Assembly (NCBI GenBank): GCA_044226625.1
Contig: JBGAGQ010000010.1
Coordinates: forward strand, 69,813-133,812
DNA: 64,000 nt
Source of the DNA: Thermoanaerobaculia bacterium
GTDB lineage: Bacteria; Acidobacteriota; Thermoanaerobaculia; Multivoradales; UBA5704
Reading direction: 5' to 3'
Shown one piece after another: positions 19,110 to 31,700 of the stretch. The notes beneath the pieces were generated by a model. The model had not been told where the DNA came from, did no database searches, and saw nothing but the letters and a program-made list of their open reading frames with translations. The stretch's first letter is position 1, and every line of letters begins with the position of its first letter. A program made the position numbers and the translations under genes.

Positions 19110-19839
19110 ATGTTCTCCGAAGACGACCTCCTCCCGCTCTCCGCCCTGGCAGCACTACGTGTTCTGCCCGCGGCAAAGCGCGTTGATCCACGTCGAAGGG
19201 ATCTGGCGGGACAACGTGCTCACGGTGACCGGGACGCAGCTGCATGAGCGGCTGGACGAGGCCGGAGGCGAGGCGCGGGGCGATCTCCTGGTCGCCCGCG
19301 CGCTGCCGCTTCGGAGTCTGCGGCACGGTCTCGCCGGCCGGGCGGACGCGGTGGAGCTGCATCGGCTGCCCGAGGGGGAGAGCGGAGGCGTGGCGCTTCC
19401 CGGCCGGACCGGCCGGTGGCGGCCGTTTCCGGTCGAAACCAAGCGCGGTAAACCCAAATCGCACGACGCCGACCGGGTCCAGCTCTGCGGTCAGGCGCTC
19501 TGTCTCGAAGAGATGCTCGGCACGGACGTTCCCGCGGGGGCGCTGTTCTACGGCATGCCGCGGCGTCGGGAGGAGGTCGCGTTCGACCCCCGTTTGCGCG
19601 AGGCGACCCTGACCGCGGCGCGCGCCGCACGCGAAATGATCGCTTCGGGAACGACGCCCCGGGCGGTGCGGGAGCCGAAATGCGATCGCTGCTCCCTCCT
19701 CGACCGCTGCCTTCCCAACCTCCTCGGCCGCTCTGCGAGCGGCTTTCTGGAAACCGCTCTCCGAGCGGAAAGTCAAGAAGCCGCGCTTCGAGCCGAGGGC
19801 ATCGCCGCCGCGGTACCGCGGGAAGGGGAGGGTCCATGA
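19110..19839 (+). CDS. cas4: Cas4 (apparent +1 frameshift near 19149)
   Basis: MFSEDDLLPLSAL in one frame, QHYVFCPRQ...PVETKRG...QLCGQALCLEEM...CDRCSLLDRC in the next; one extra G in CTGGCAG. Confidence 0.92.
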
Positions 19840-20940
19840 AACGCCTCGGCAACACGCTCTACGTCACCACGCCGGGCGCCTATCTGAGCAAGGACGGTGA
19901 GGCGGTCGCCGTGCGAGTCGAGGAGGAGGTACGGCTGCGGATCCCGATCCACCTGCTCGACGGCGTCGTCTGCCTGGGCGCGACCGGCGCGAGCCCGTAT
20001 CTCCTCGGCTTCTGCGGCGAGCGGGGGGTGGCGGTGTCGTTCTTGACCGAGCAGGGGCGGTTCCTCGCGCGGGTCGAAGGGCCGGTTTCGGGCAATGTCC
20101 TCCTGCGTCGGGCGCAGTACCGCGCGGCCGACGAGCCGGGGCCGGCGTGCGGCATCGTGCGCGGGATCGTCGCGGCGAAGATCGCCAATTCGCGCGCGGT
20201 GCTCCGCCGGGCGCTGCGCGACCGACCCGAGGCCGCTGGGAGCGAGGCGCTCGAATCGGCGGTTGTACGGATCGGAGCGCTGATTCCCGCTCTTGTCGGA
20301 GCGCCCTCGATCGACGTCCTGCGCGGTCTCGAGGGCCAGGCGGCGCGGATCTACTTCGAAGTCTTCGACGCCCTGATCGTTCAACAGCGCGAGGCCTTCG
20401 CCTTTCGCGGTCGAAGTCGCCGGCCGCCGCTGGATCCAATCAACGCCCTCCTCTCGTTCCTCTACGCCCTGCTCCGCCACGACACCGAGGCCGCGCTCGA
20501 AGGGGTGGGGCTCGATCCGGCGGTCGGCTTCCTCCATCGCGACCGCCCAAGCGGCCTCGGCGATCTGCAATCCGATTCCGCTCGATCCGGCGGTCGGCTT
20601 CCTCCATCGCGACCGCCCCGGCCGCCCTGGGCTCGCGCTCGATCTGATGGAGGAGCTGCGCGCCTTCCTCTGCGACCGGCTCGCTCTTTCCCTGATCAAC
20701 CTGCGTCAGGTTCGGCCGGAGGGGTTCACCGTTCGCGAGACGGGCGGCGTCGAGATGGACGAGGCGACGCGCAAGGAGGTCCTCGTCGCCTACCAGAAGC
20801 GCAAGCAGGAAGAGCTGCTCCACCCGTTCCTGCGCGAAAAGGCGCCGGCCGGCCTGCTGCCGCACCTTCAGGCCGCTCTCCTTTCCCGCCATCTGCGCGG
20901 CGACCTCGACGCCTACCCGCCGTTTTTCTGGAAAGGCTGA
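19836..20940 (+). CDS. cas1: Type I-C Cas1 (interrupted by a 70-bp insertion/duplication)
   Basis: NTLYVTT, SGNVLLRRAQY, RGLEG, RRPPLDPINALLSFLY, then LALDLMEELR...YPPFFWK in another frame; removing 70 bp gives 344 aa. Confidence 0.93.
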
Positions 20941-20952
20941 GAAGGGGGCGCC

Positions 20953-21243
20953 GTGCTCGTCCTGATCAGCTACGACGTCGCGACGACCACCCGCGAGGGG
21001 AGGCGCCGGTTGCGTCGGGTCGCCAAGACCTGTCTCGACTTCGGCCAGCGGGTGCAGAAATCCGTCTTCGAGTGCCTGGTCGACCCGACCCAGTGGGCGA
21101 TCTTTCGCAACCGTCTGCTCGCCGAGATCGAGCCCGGTGAGGACAGCCTGCGGATCTACTTTCTCGGCAAGAACTGGCGCGGTCACGTCGAGCACCACGG
21201 CGCGAAGCCCAGCCTCGACCCGGAAGGGCCGCTCGTCGCCTGA
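20953..21243 (+). CDS. cas2: Cas2
   Basis: LISYDV...RRLRRVAKTC..FGQRVQKSVFEC...DSLRIY. Confidence 0.97.
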   Translation: MLVLISYDVATTTREGRRRLRRVAKTCLDFGQRVQKSVFECLVDPTQWAIFRNRLLAEIEPGEDSLRIYFLGKNWRGHVEHHGAKPSLDPEGPLVA

Positions 21244-21729
21244 AGTGCAGGGCCGCCAACGGCCGGAAAGCTCGTCGGTTGTGCGTTGTTCTCCTGGCGA
21301 TGTGCGAGATCGTGTAGCCAGACCCCATTCGGAGGCGTCTGGAGGAGCTCCGCGACTCCGCTCTGTGCGGAGCTGGGAGAGATTGGCACAGAGCCGAGAG
21401 AGAAAAGGACATTCCGCGGATCGTCTTGTGCGGTACTTGGTCTGGTCTGTGCGAGTTCCTGGGTGAAATCCGCTTTTTCAGACCACCCCGTCCGTAATCC
21501 CTTGGAGAGATCCGCTTTCCGCTCACGGCGCTGCACAAAGTTGCGTCGACTTTGTGCGGGGTCACGGCCGTGAGGAGTTCTCGCGCTCAAGAATGGCGAA
21601 TTTTGAAACGCCACCGCACAGACATCTCTCGGATTCGCACAGAGCTTCCTCTCCGCTCGGCCTTGGGTGATAGGATCTGCACAAAGGCAGACCTCCTTTG
21701 CACAATTCGCGGTCGGAAAAGAGGTTCCG

Positions 21730-21930
21730 ATGGCCACCAATGTCGAGCTGGACGAAGAGTTGGTCGATCGCGCCCTCCGGGCGACGGGCATTCGCACCAA
21801 GCGAGACCTGATTCACGCGGGTCTTCGCACGTTGGTGCGGCTGCATGAGCAGCGCGAGGTCCGCGACCTCCGCGGCCGGCTTCGCTGGGAGGAGAGCGAG
21901 GGCGTTCCGAGCGAAAAAGAGAACGGCTGA
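21730..21930 (+). CDS. vapB: VapB-type antitoxin
   Basis: MATNVELDEELVDRAL...TKRDLIHAGLRTLV; TGATG coupling to a PIN gene. Confidence 0.85.
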   Translation: MATNVELDEELVDRALRATGIRTKRDLIHAGLRTLVRLHEQREVRDLRGRLRWEESEGVPSEKENG

Positions 21931-22334
21931 TGCGGGTCCTGGTCGATTCTTCGGTCTGGATCGCCTACTTCCGCGGTGACATGACGCCACGGACGGACCT
22001 TCTACACGAGTTGATCGGCTACGCCCCGCTGATCACCGCCGACCTGGTGCTCGCCGAGCTGCTTCGTGGTTTCCCCTCCGATGCCGAGCTGGAGCAGGTC
22101 CGCGCCGCGCTCGCGCTCTTTCCCCGCTACGAGATCGGCGGTGACGCTCTCGCCCTTGCGAGCGCTGGCCTTTCCCGGGTCCTCGCCGCCAAGCGAGCCA
22201 AGGTACCGCCGCTCGCCCAACGTCTGATCGCCACCTGGTGCATCCAGAAGAATGTGGCCCTCCTGCACGCCGATCCGAGCTACGAACCGTTCGAGCGCCA
22301 CCTTGGCTTGAAGGTTCCCGACCCGGGGCTTTGA
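21930..22334 (+). CDS. vapC: VapC PIN-domain toxin
   Basis: VLVDSSVWI, ELLRG, LIATWC, LLHAD. Confidence 0.85.
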   Translation: MRVLVDSSVWIAYFRGDMTPRTDLLHELIGYAPLITADLVLAELLRGFPSDAELEQVRAALALFPRYEIGGDALALASAGLSRVLAAKRAKVPPLAQRLIATWCIQKNVALLHADPSYEPFERHLGLKVPDPGL

Positions 22335-22586
22335 CTCTAGCTCGGGGGTGTCCGAGAAAACGATAGTTTTTTGCGGATGGCGGCGATTTCGTCCCGGACG
22401 CCTCGCCCGACGAAAGAAAGTCTCCAGAAATCTATCGTTTTCTCTGACCTCTCTGGTGTAGGGTGTCGGCGGGGCGGCTCGCTTGCTCCGTCCTCCCGAT
22501 CCGCCGCCCGGCCGACCGGGCCTCGCGGCCCATCCAGAACCGAAGAACCCGCATCGCATCCTTTCAACCCCGGAGGATGAGCTCGT

Positions 22587-22766
22587 GCGCGAACCGGAAG
22601 CGAACATCCGCCTCCCCGAGAGGTTCGCGCGGCCTATAAGTACTTTGGCGGCAGTGCCTTCCGTCGCGGAAGCTCCTCGCCGACGGTGGAATCCCTCGGC
22701 GACACACCCTGTTTCGCGCAAACCGGGTTCTAAACAATTGAAGGCAGGGGCGTTAAACTAGCCGCC
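22587..22766 (+). promoter_or_regulatory. CRISPR leader
   Basis: GCGCGAACC/GGTTCGCGC inverted motifs (22587, 22622) and an IHF-like site (22731-22743), directly before the first repeat. Confidence 0.75.
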
Positions 22767-25700
22767 GTCGCCCTCCGCGCGAGGGCGTGGATTGAAACCG
22801 CGCGAGCGCAGCACCTCGGCGAGGTTCGCGAGCGTCGCCCTCCGCGCGAGGGCGTGGATTGAAACCCAGATGGTGAGATCGCGAGCGACGAGAACAAAGT
22901 CGCCCTCCGCGCGAGGGCGTGGATTGAAACTGGTCGATCCAGTGGGGTACGCGCGACTCCCCGTGGTCGCCCTCCGCGCGAGGGCGTGGATTGAAACGCC
23001 TTTGCCGCCGGGGGCGATGCGGTCGTCGATCGGTCGCCCTCCGCGCGAGGGCGTGGATTGAAACCAGAAAGCCCAGCAGGACGTCAAGAAGGAGGTCGAC
23101 GTCGCCCTCCGCGCGAGGGCGTGGATTGAAACCAGGAGATCCCTTTCTAGGGGAATCATCCCGCCGTCGCCCTCCGCGCGAGGGCGTGGATTGAAACTGT
23201 CCTGGCACCCGCACGCTGCGCGAGGGGTGGCCGTCGCCCTCCGCGCGAGGGCGTGGATTGAAACTCGATCTCGGACCGGATCGCGGCAACTGCCTCCTCG
23301 TCGCCCTCCGCGCGAGGGCGTGGATGCGGGATTGAAACAGTTCCGCGATCGCCTGGACGAAGGCCGGTTGTCGCCTGCGCGAGGGCGTGGATTGAAACTT
23401 GTCATGCCGCCTTGCGGATGAGCAGCCAGCGTCGCCCTCCGCGCGAGGGGCGCGTGGATTGAACGCCTTCCACGCTCGTGCGCCTCGATCACATCCGTCG
23501 CCCTCCGCGCGAGTGGGCGGACTGAAACTTGATTGCCTCATTCGCTGCCGCGCGAGGCGGCCTTGTCGCCTCCGCTGCGGCGCGAGGGCGTGATTGTACC
23601 GGCTCCCATCGAAGTCATCCCCGGAAGCAAGCGTCGCCTCCTCCGCGCGAGGGCGGATTGAAACCGATGGCCCAAATGATCATGCTCGCGCCTGGTGTCG
23701 CCCCCCCGCGCGAGGGCGGATTGAAACCCTCGTCGCCGACCCCGGAACCGACGGATCAGTCGCCCGCGCGAGGGCGTGGATTGAACCACCGCCGAGTTCG
23801 GGTTCACAGCCGCCGCGCGAGGGCGTGGATTGAACTTGTAGGAGATCCCTCAGAAGCGGAGAGGGATGCCGTCGCCTTCCGCGCGAGGGCGGATTGAAAC
23901 TCGAAGACGCCGCCGAGTGCCGAGGGTGTCGGTCGCCCTCCGCGCGAGGGCGGATTGAAACACACGGAGCGTGGCTGCTGGGACGGAGGTCGCCTTCCGC
24001 GAGGGCGTGGATTGAACCGCATGTCGTGACGTTTGCCACCACCACGGTCGCCTCCGCGCGAGGGCGTGATTGAAACCCCCGCCTCACCTCTAATCAAGAA
24101 GAAAACTGCGTCGCCTCTGCGCGAGGGCGCGGATTGAAACACCCCGGAAATGTCCCACCCTTCAACTGCGCTTTGTCGCCCTCTCGCGCGAGGGCGTGAT
24201 TGAAACGCGGGCGTTCACGATTCGGGCGCTGCCAGCCACGGTCGCCCGCGCGAGGGGCGCGGATTGAAACATCGAGCATAGACGCTGATGATCACGGCTG
24301 GCATGAGTCGCCCTCTGCGCGAGGGCGTGATTGAAACCATGACGAGGAAGTGAAGTTTGCCGGTGCGGCGGTCGCCTCCGCGCGAGGGCGTGGATTGAAA
24401 TCTCGCAGAGCGCCGCCCAATGCAGTCCACGCAGGTCGCCCTCCGCGCGAGGGCGGGGATTGAACACCCTACCTGAATAGCCCAACGCCAGCGCGTGTTG
24501 CCCTCCGCGCGAGGGCGTGGATTGAAACCAGAAGCGCCTGCGCCTGCTGGACGGCGGCGGCGATGTCGCCCCTTCGCGCGAGGGCGATTGAAACGATTAT
24601 CGACGACAGCAGTTCTGGGCCGATCTGGCCGCCCCTTCGCGCGAGGGCGATTGAACGGTAACCAGCGGCGCCTCAAGGGCAGGGCGGTCGCCTCCTGCGC
24701 GAGGGCGGATTGAAACTCCTTGGCCTCAGGCGCTGGAGCCGGAATTGTATGTCGTCGCGCGAGGGCGTGGATTGAACACGCGGATCGGAGTCGACGCGAT
24801 GAAGCAACTGGTTGCCCTCCCGCGCGAGGGCGGATTGAAACTGGTGCTGACCGGCGACGTCCGCTGCTCGCTGTCGCCTCCGCGCGAGGGCGTGGATTGA
24901 AACGTCTTGCGGCCATAGGCCACAGGTTTGGTGAAACTCGTCGCCCTCCGCGCGGAGGGCGTGGATTGAAACCCAGTCCTTGCCGATTGGTCTGGCCTAC
25001 GGCGAATGGTCGCCCTCGCGCGCGAGGGCGGATTGAAAACGATGCCGTCGTGGCAATGGCCGAACGGATCGCGGTCGCCCGCGCGAGGGCGGGATTGAAA
25101 CGCCGAGATGCGCCATGACATCCAAAAGGCACAAGTCGCCTGCGCGAGGGCGTGATTGAACCCCGATGGCCGCGATGATTTCGGGGTTGGCGTCGCCTCG
25201 CGCGAGGGCGTGTGATTGGAACCTTGAATCCTGCATCTGGGGACCATTTGACGAGTCGCCCTCCTCGGCGCGAGGGCGTGGATTGAAACCTGGGGCGCGC
25301 GAGTCCATGTGCTCGAGAGCGATCGTCGCCTCGCGCGAGGGCGGATTGAAACCGTTCCTCGGCCTGCCCAGTGAAGCATTTCCGTGGTCGCCCGCGCGAG
25401 GGCGTGATTGAAATCGACCTCGGCGCGCACCGACGGCAACCAACGGTGTCGCCCTCCGCGCGAGGGCGTGATTGAAACCGCGCTGGTGGAGCGTCTAACG
25501 GGAGAAATGTCGCCCTCCGCGCGAGGCGTGGATTGAAACCCTGGACTTCTCCCGGCCGGGCGCAGGACGCGGTGGTCGCCCCTCCGCGCGAGAGGGCGAT
25601 CGAAAACCAGCTCGCTGACGCCTTGTTACACCTTGGTTCTTCCTCGCGCGAGGGCGATCAAACGGTCGACCAGGGCGCTGCTGCTGCGTCGCCTTCGGCG

Positions 25701-28700
25701 AAGAAAGCGTGATTGAAACGGATCATGAGCGACGATGATTTTGTTCGATCTGGTCGCCTCGCGCGAGGGCGTGGATTGAAACACGTGGATCCTAAGCCCG
25801 TGAAAGAAGGCGAGCGTCGCCCCCGCGCGAGGGCGTGGATTGAAACATGGTCAAGGCCAGCGAACCGAGCTGGTAACGCGCCTGCGCGAGGGCGTGGATT
25901 GAAATCATGCCCGTGCGGTCGGATGGTCAACGCAAAGTCGCCCTCCGCGCGAGGCGGGGATTGAAACACGATGGAAGTGATTCCGAGTTTTGTTTGTTTC
26001 CGTCGCCCTCTGCGCGAGGGCGGATTGAAACGAGTCGCGCTGACGCCTCGAACCTGCTTAAAATGACGAGCGTTCGCGCGAGGGCGGCGTGGATTGAAAC
26101 CGTCCCAACCGGAGAGCAGCCAGCGAAGAAGTCGCCTTCCCGCGCGAGGGCGTGGATTGAAACCGTCTCGGCATGGCGAAATACGCGGGTGGCCTCGTCG
26201 TCCTCTCGCGCGAGGGCGGACAAACTTTTCGGGTCCTGCGGCGCTATCCGCGTGGCAAAGTCGCTCTCCGCGCGAGGGCGTGATTGAAACTCGACGGTTG
26301 GGCGTAAGCGTCTCGAGCTCGGCGTCGCTCTCCGCGCAGGCGACGAAAACTAACGTGTAAAGCACGCTCGAGGCCCGCACTTCCGTCGCCCTCCGCGCGA
26401 GGGCGATTGAAACGTCTTCGACGTCGTGACGCTTCCGATTGCCATGTCGCCTCCTCTGCGCGAGAGCGTGGATTTCGTCCTGATTACCGAGGGGACTTTT
26501 GCTGGAGATATCGTCGCCCTCCGCGCGAGGGCGTGGATTGAAACGATCTGGTTTTGCTGTCAGGAATGCACGGCGGAGTGTCGCCCTCCGCGCGAGGGCG
26601 TGGATTGAAACGTATTGCAAGCTACCTGTATGCTCGAAGCTACGGTCGCCCTCCGCGCGAGGGCGTGGATTGAAACTCCGCAATCACCAAAAGAAAATCA
26701 AAAAACACCGTCGCCCTCCGCGCGAGGGCGTGGATTGAAACTCCTGTTCGGGGGCCTAATCGCCCGTCCCTACCCGTCGCCCTCCGCGCGAGGGCGTGGA
26801 TTGAAACCCCGAGACGACCGGCGTTGGCCCGTTGGTCCCTTGTCGCCCTCCGCGCGAGGGCGTGGATTGAAACTGGAACTGCCACGCTTGAAAGACCGCC
26901 CAAATGCCGTCGCCCTCCGCGCGAGGGCGTGGATTGAAACTCCGATCTCTGGCGCGACGCCACGTCGGACCTGCGCGTCGCCCTCCGCGCGAGGGCGTGG
27001 ATTGAAACTGCAGATCGGCAGGGGCCGGCCCTGCGGAGATCGTCGCCCTCCGCGCGAGGGCGTGGATTGAAACCCCTACGCCGCGGATTTGTGCTCGTGC
27101 AACCGGGTCGCCCTCCGCGCGAGGGCGTGGATTGAAACAAATCCGGCGGCTCCCCGAACGGACGGAACGACATGTCGCCCTCCGCGCGAGGGCGTGGATT
27201 GAAACATGCCGAGGGCGGCGCAGACTTCGCCGGACATCGTCGCCCTCCGCGCGAGGGCGTGGATTGAAACGCACTTTAAGCAGTGGGGAGAGTGGGGGCC
27301 CGCCGAGTCGCCCTCCGCGCGAGGGCGTGGATTGAAACGAAGGCGAGCCGGCGGGCAGGTTCAGCCCTGAGGGTCGCCCTCCGCGCGAGGGCGTGGATTG
27401 AAACGCGGATCCTAGACGCTGATGATGGCGGCCGATGAGTCGCCCTTCCGCGCGAGGGCGTGGATTGAAACGCGATCCTCGTCGACCAGGTGGCGGCCGA
27501 TGGAGTCGCCCTCCGCGCGAGGGCGTGGATTGAAACCGTTTCAAGGGCGCGCCGCTCGCCAACGGCGACCCGTCGCCCTCCGCGCGAGGGCGTGGATTGA
27601 AACCTGTTGGGCCGATCGATTACGGCCCGCGGACGATCGTCGCCCTCCGCGCGAGGGCGTGGATTGAAACCTTGCCGTCGGCCTCTGTGCCGGCGCGCTT
27701 GAGGCAGTCGCCCTCCGCGCGAGGGCGTGGATTGAAACTTCTGCACCTCCGAAACGGCGGCGGCGAACGATGTCGCTCCCCCGCGCGAGGGCGTGGATTG
27801 AAACGTCGATCAAGGCGTCGATCGGCCGAATCGGCGGAGCGTCCCCTCCGCGCGAGGGCGTGGATTGAACGGTAACCAGCGGCGCCTCAAGGGCAGGGCG
27901 GTCGCCTCCTGCGCGAGGGCGGATTGAAACTCCTTGGCCTCAGGCGCTGGAGCCGGAATTGTATGTCGTCGCGCGAGGGCGTGGATTGAACACGCGGATC
28001 GGAGTCGACGCGATGAAGCAACTGGTTGCCCTCCCGCGCGAGGGCGGATTGAAACTGGTGCTGACCGGCGACGTCCGCTGCTCGCTGTCGCCTCCGCGCG
28101 AGGGCGTGGATTGAAACGTCTTGCGGCCATAGGCCACAGGTTTGGTGAAACTCGTCGCCCTCCGCGCGGAGGGCGTGGATTGAAACCCAGTCCTTGCCGA
28201 TTGGTCTGGCCTACGGCGAATGGTCGCCCTCGCGCGCGAGGGCGGATTGAAAACGATGCCGTCGTGGCAATGGCCGAACGGATCGCGGTCGCCCGCGCGA
28301 GGGCGGGATTGAAACGCCGAGATGCGCCATGACATCCAAAAGGCACAAGTCGCCTGCGCGAGGGCGTGATTGAACCCCGATGGCCGCGATGATTTCGGGG
28401 TTGGCGTCGCCTCGCGCGAGGGCGTGTGATTGGAACCTTGAATCCTGCATCTGGGGACCATTTGACGAGTCGCCCTCCTCGGCGCGAGGGCGTGGATTGA
28501 AACCTGGGGCGCGCGAGTCCATGTGCTCGAGAGCGATCGTCGCCTCGCGCGAGGGCGGATTGAAACCGTTCCTCGGCCTGCCCAGTGAAGCATTTCCGTG
28601 GTCGCCCGCGCGAGGGCGTGATTGAAATCGACCTCGGCGCGCACCGACGGCAACCAACGGTGTCGCCCTCCGCGCGAGGGCGTGATTGAAACCGCGCTGG

Positions 28701-31700
28701 TGGAGCGTCTAACGGGAGAAATGTCGCCCTCCGCGCGAGGGCATTAGTTGAAACCTGGACTTCTCCCGGCCGGGCGTAGCGGACGCGGTGGTCGCCCTCC
28801 GCGCGAGGCGTGGATTGAAACCACAGCTCGCCGACGCTCTCGAAGAGCACCTTGGTCGCCCTCCGCGCGAGGGCGTGGATTGAAACGGTCGACCAGGGCG
28901 GCTTTGGTGCCGAGGTTGCGTCGCCCTCGCGCGAGAAAGCGTGATTGAAACGGATCATGAGCGACGACAAGATTTATCGGATTCGGTCGCCCTCCGCGCG
29001 AGGGCGTGGATTGAAACACGTGGATCCCAAGCCCCGTGAAAGAAGGCGAGAGCGTCGCCCTCCGCGCGAGGGCGTGGATTGAGAAACATGGTCAAGGCCG
29101 TAGCGAACCGAGTTGTAACTGCGCCCTCCGCGCGCGAGGCGTGGATTGAAATCATGCCGGGGTGCGGTCGGATGGTCAACGCAAAGTCGCCCTCCGCGCG
29201 AGGCGTGGATTGAAACATCGATGGAAGGATTCCGAGCTTCTCGGTTTGCTCGTCGCCCTCTGCGCGAGGGCGTGGATTGAAACGAGTCGCGCCGACTCAG
29301 ACAGTCGTCGACGAGTCGCCCTCCGCGCGGGCGGCGTGGATTGAAAACCGTCCCAAACTGGAGAGTAGCCATGGCGAAGAAGTCGCCCTCCGCGCGAGGG
29401 CGTGGATTGAAACCGTCTCGGCATGGCGAAATACGCGGGTGGCCTCGTCGTCCTCCGCGCGAGGGCGTGGATTGAAACTTTCGGGTCCTGCGCCATCCGG
29501 GGCGTGCGGCAGCGTCGCCCTCCGCGCGAGGGCGTGGATTGAAACTCGACGGGCTGGGCGTAAGCGTCTCGGAGCTCGGCGTCGCCCTCCGCGCGAGGGC
29601 GTGGAAAACTAACGTGTAGGCGACGCTCGAGGCCCGCACTTCCGTCGCCCTCCGCGCGAGGGCGTGGATTGAAACGTCTTCGACGTCGTGGACGCTTCCG
29701 ATCGCCCAGCGTCGCCCTCCGCGCGAGAGCGTGGATTGAAACCGGATACCGAGGACTTGCGAGCCCTCCAGGCGTCGCCCTCCGCGCGAGGGCGTGGATT
29801 GAAACGAAGACGGTCGCGTGGGTCGCGGTCCGGGCTGGTATGGTCGCCCTCCGCGCGAGGGCGTGGATTGAAACGGATCAGGGAAGCCCGAGAGCGCGGT
29901 CTGGTGATCGTCGCCCTCCGCGCGAGGGCGTGGATTGAAACGGGCTTGTTGTCCGTCGGGTAGACCACCGCCGCGGTCGCCCTCCGCGCGGGGCGTGGAT
30001 TAAAACTGCGAAATAGGCGTCGTTTAGCCGGTGGGCTGGCGTCGCCCTCCGCGCGAGGGCGTGGATTGAAACCAGGCGCCCGGCGCGACGCCGCCTCCTC
30101 GGCCGGGGTCGCCCTCGGCGCGAGGGCGTGGATTGAAACGCCTGATCTGTTCGCGCGGGCGACGTTTGTGCAGTCGCCCTCCGCGCGAGGGCGTGGATTG
30201 AAACCTGCTCTGCCGCGATGATCTGGAGTTGGCGGTTGTCGCCCTCCGCGCGAGGGCGTGGATTGAACGCTTCCTCGAGTTTGGGCTCAGGATGCGTCGC
30301 CCTCCGCGCACGTTGAACGAGACCAGGCGTTACGTCGCCCTCCGCGCGAGGGCGTGGATTGAAACTTTACGACGTTGAAGGTTTTGACAGCAGGTTAGTC
30401 GCCCTCCGCGCGAGGGCGTGGATTGAAAACATCTTCGCCATCGGTCTGCGCGCCCCCGTTGGCGCGTCGCCCTCCGCGCGAGGGCGTGGATTGAAACCAC
30501 GGCTGGCGACCATTGCTTCGGTACCTGCCGACGTCGCCCTCCGCGCGAGGGCGTGGATTGAAACTGACCGAACTGGCGAGGCGGGGAATGGCGACCCAAG
30601 TCGCCCTCCGCGCGAGGGCGTGGATTGAAACCTGGGAGTTCCGGCAATCCGCCGCGAGCGATTCGCGTCGCCCTCCGCGCGAGGGCGTGGATTGAAACAT
30701 CGTAGGGGCGCGTTGTCGCGGGGAGATATCGTCGCCCTCCGCGCGAGGGCGTGGATTGAAACCGGGAGATCGCTGGGCGAATGCGCGTCGGATCAGGTCG
30801 CCCTCCGCGCGAGGGCGTGGATTGAAACGTATTCCGCAGTCGACTTGCATGGACGGCCTGGTCGATCGTCGCCCTCCGCGCGAGGGCGTGGATTGAAACC
30901 TCCGGCATGCCGTCGGCTCGCGACGGCACCGTCGCCCTCCGCGCGAGGGCGTGGATTGAAAACTGCGAAATAGGCGTGCTAATCGAGCCGTTTGCACGTC
31001 GCCCTCCGCGCGAGGGCGTGGATTGAAACGCCGCGCCGAATGGCCGATCGGCGGCGGCGTGGGTGATCGTCGCCCTCCGCGCGAGGGCGTGGATTGAAAC
31101 GTCGCGGGCGTGCATTCGATGGCTGATAGCAAAGACAGCCAGGTCGCCCTCCGCGCGAGGGCGTGGATTGAAACCTTGCAGATCTCGAGTCGCCCTCCGC
31201 GCTGAAACACGTGCTCGACGACCAGGCGCACGTCGCCCTCCGCGCGAGGGCGTGGATGAAACTTCTGATGCCGGCTGATCCAGTCGGCGAGAGCCGCGTC
31301 GCCCTCCGCGCGAGGGCGTGGATTGAAACCGCGGTCTACGATGGCTCGGCGCGCAATGCGGGTCGCTTGGTCGCCCTCCGCGCGAGGGCGTGGATTGAAA
31401 CGCCGAACTTCACGGCCGGCGTTCGGCCCCCGAGCTTGTCGCCCTCCGCGCGAGGGCGTGGATTGAAACCGAACTGCCAGACGGGCCAGACCCTCCGTCG
31501 ATGTCGCCCTCCGCGCGAGGGCGTGGATTGAAAAACGCCTCGCTGGTTCGGCCCCACGTACGATCTGCGTCGCCCTCCGCGCGAGGGCGTGGATTGAAAC
31601 CGCAGCGCGGAAGAGGCATTGCCGGCCTGGAGATCGTCGCCCTCCGCGCGAGGGCGTGGATTGAAACGATCAGGTTTTGCCGTCGCGCGAGCGCTGAAAC

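Noticed and set aside
23300-26480. Highly variable repeats as a second repeat type or programmed diversification
   Set aside because: Changes are scattered 1-3 nt deletions, and cleaner copies of some of the same spacers occur downstream, consistent with sequencing error
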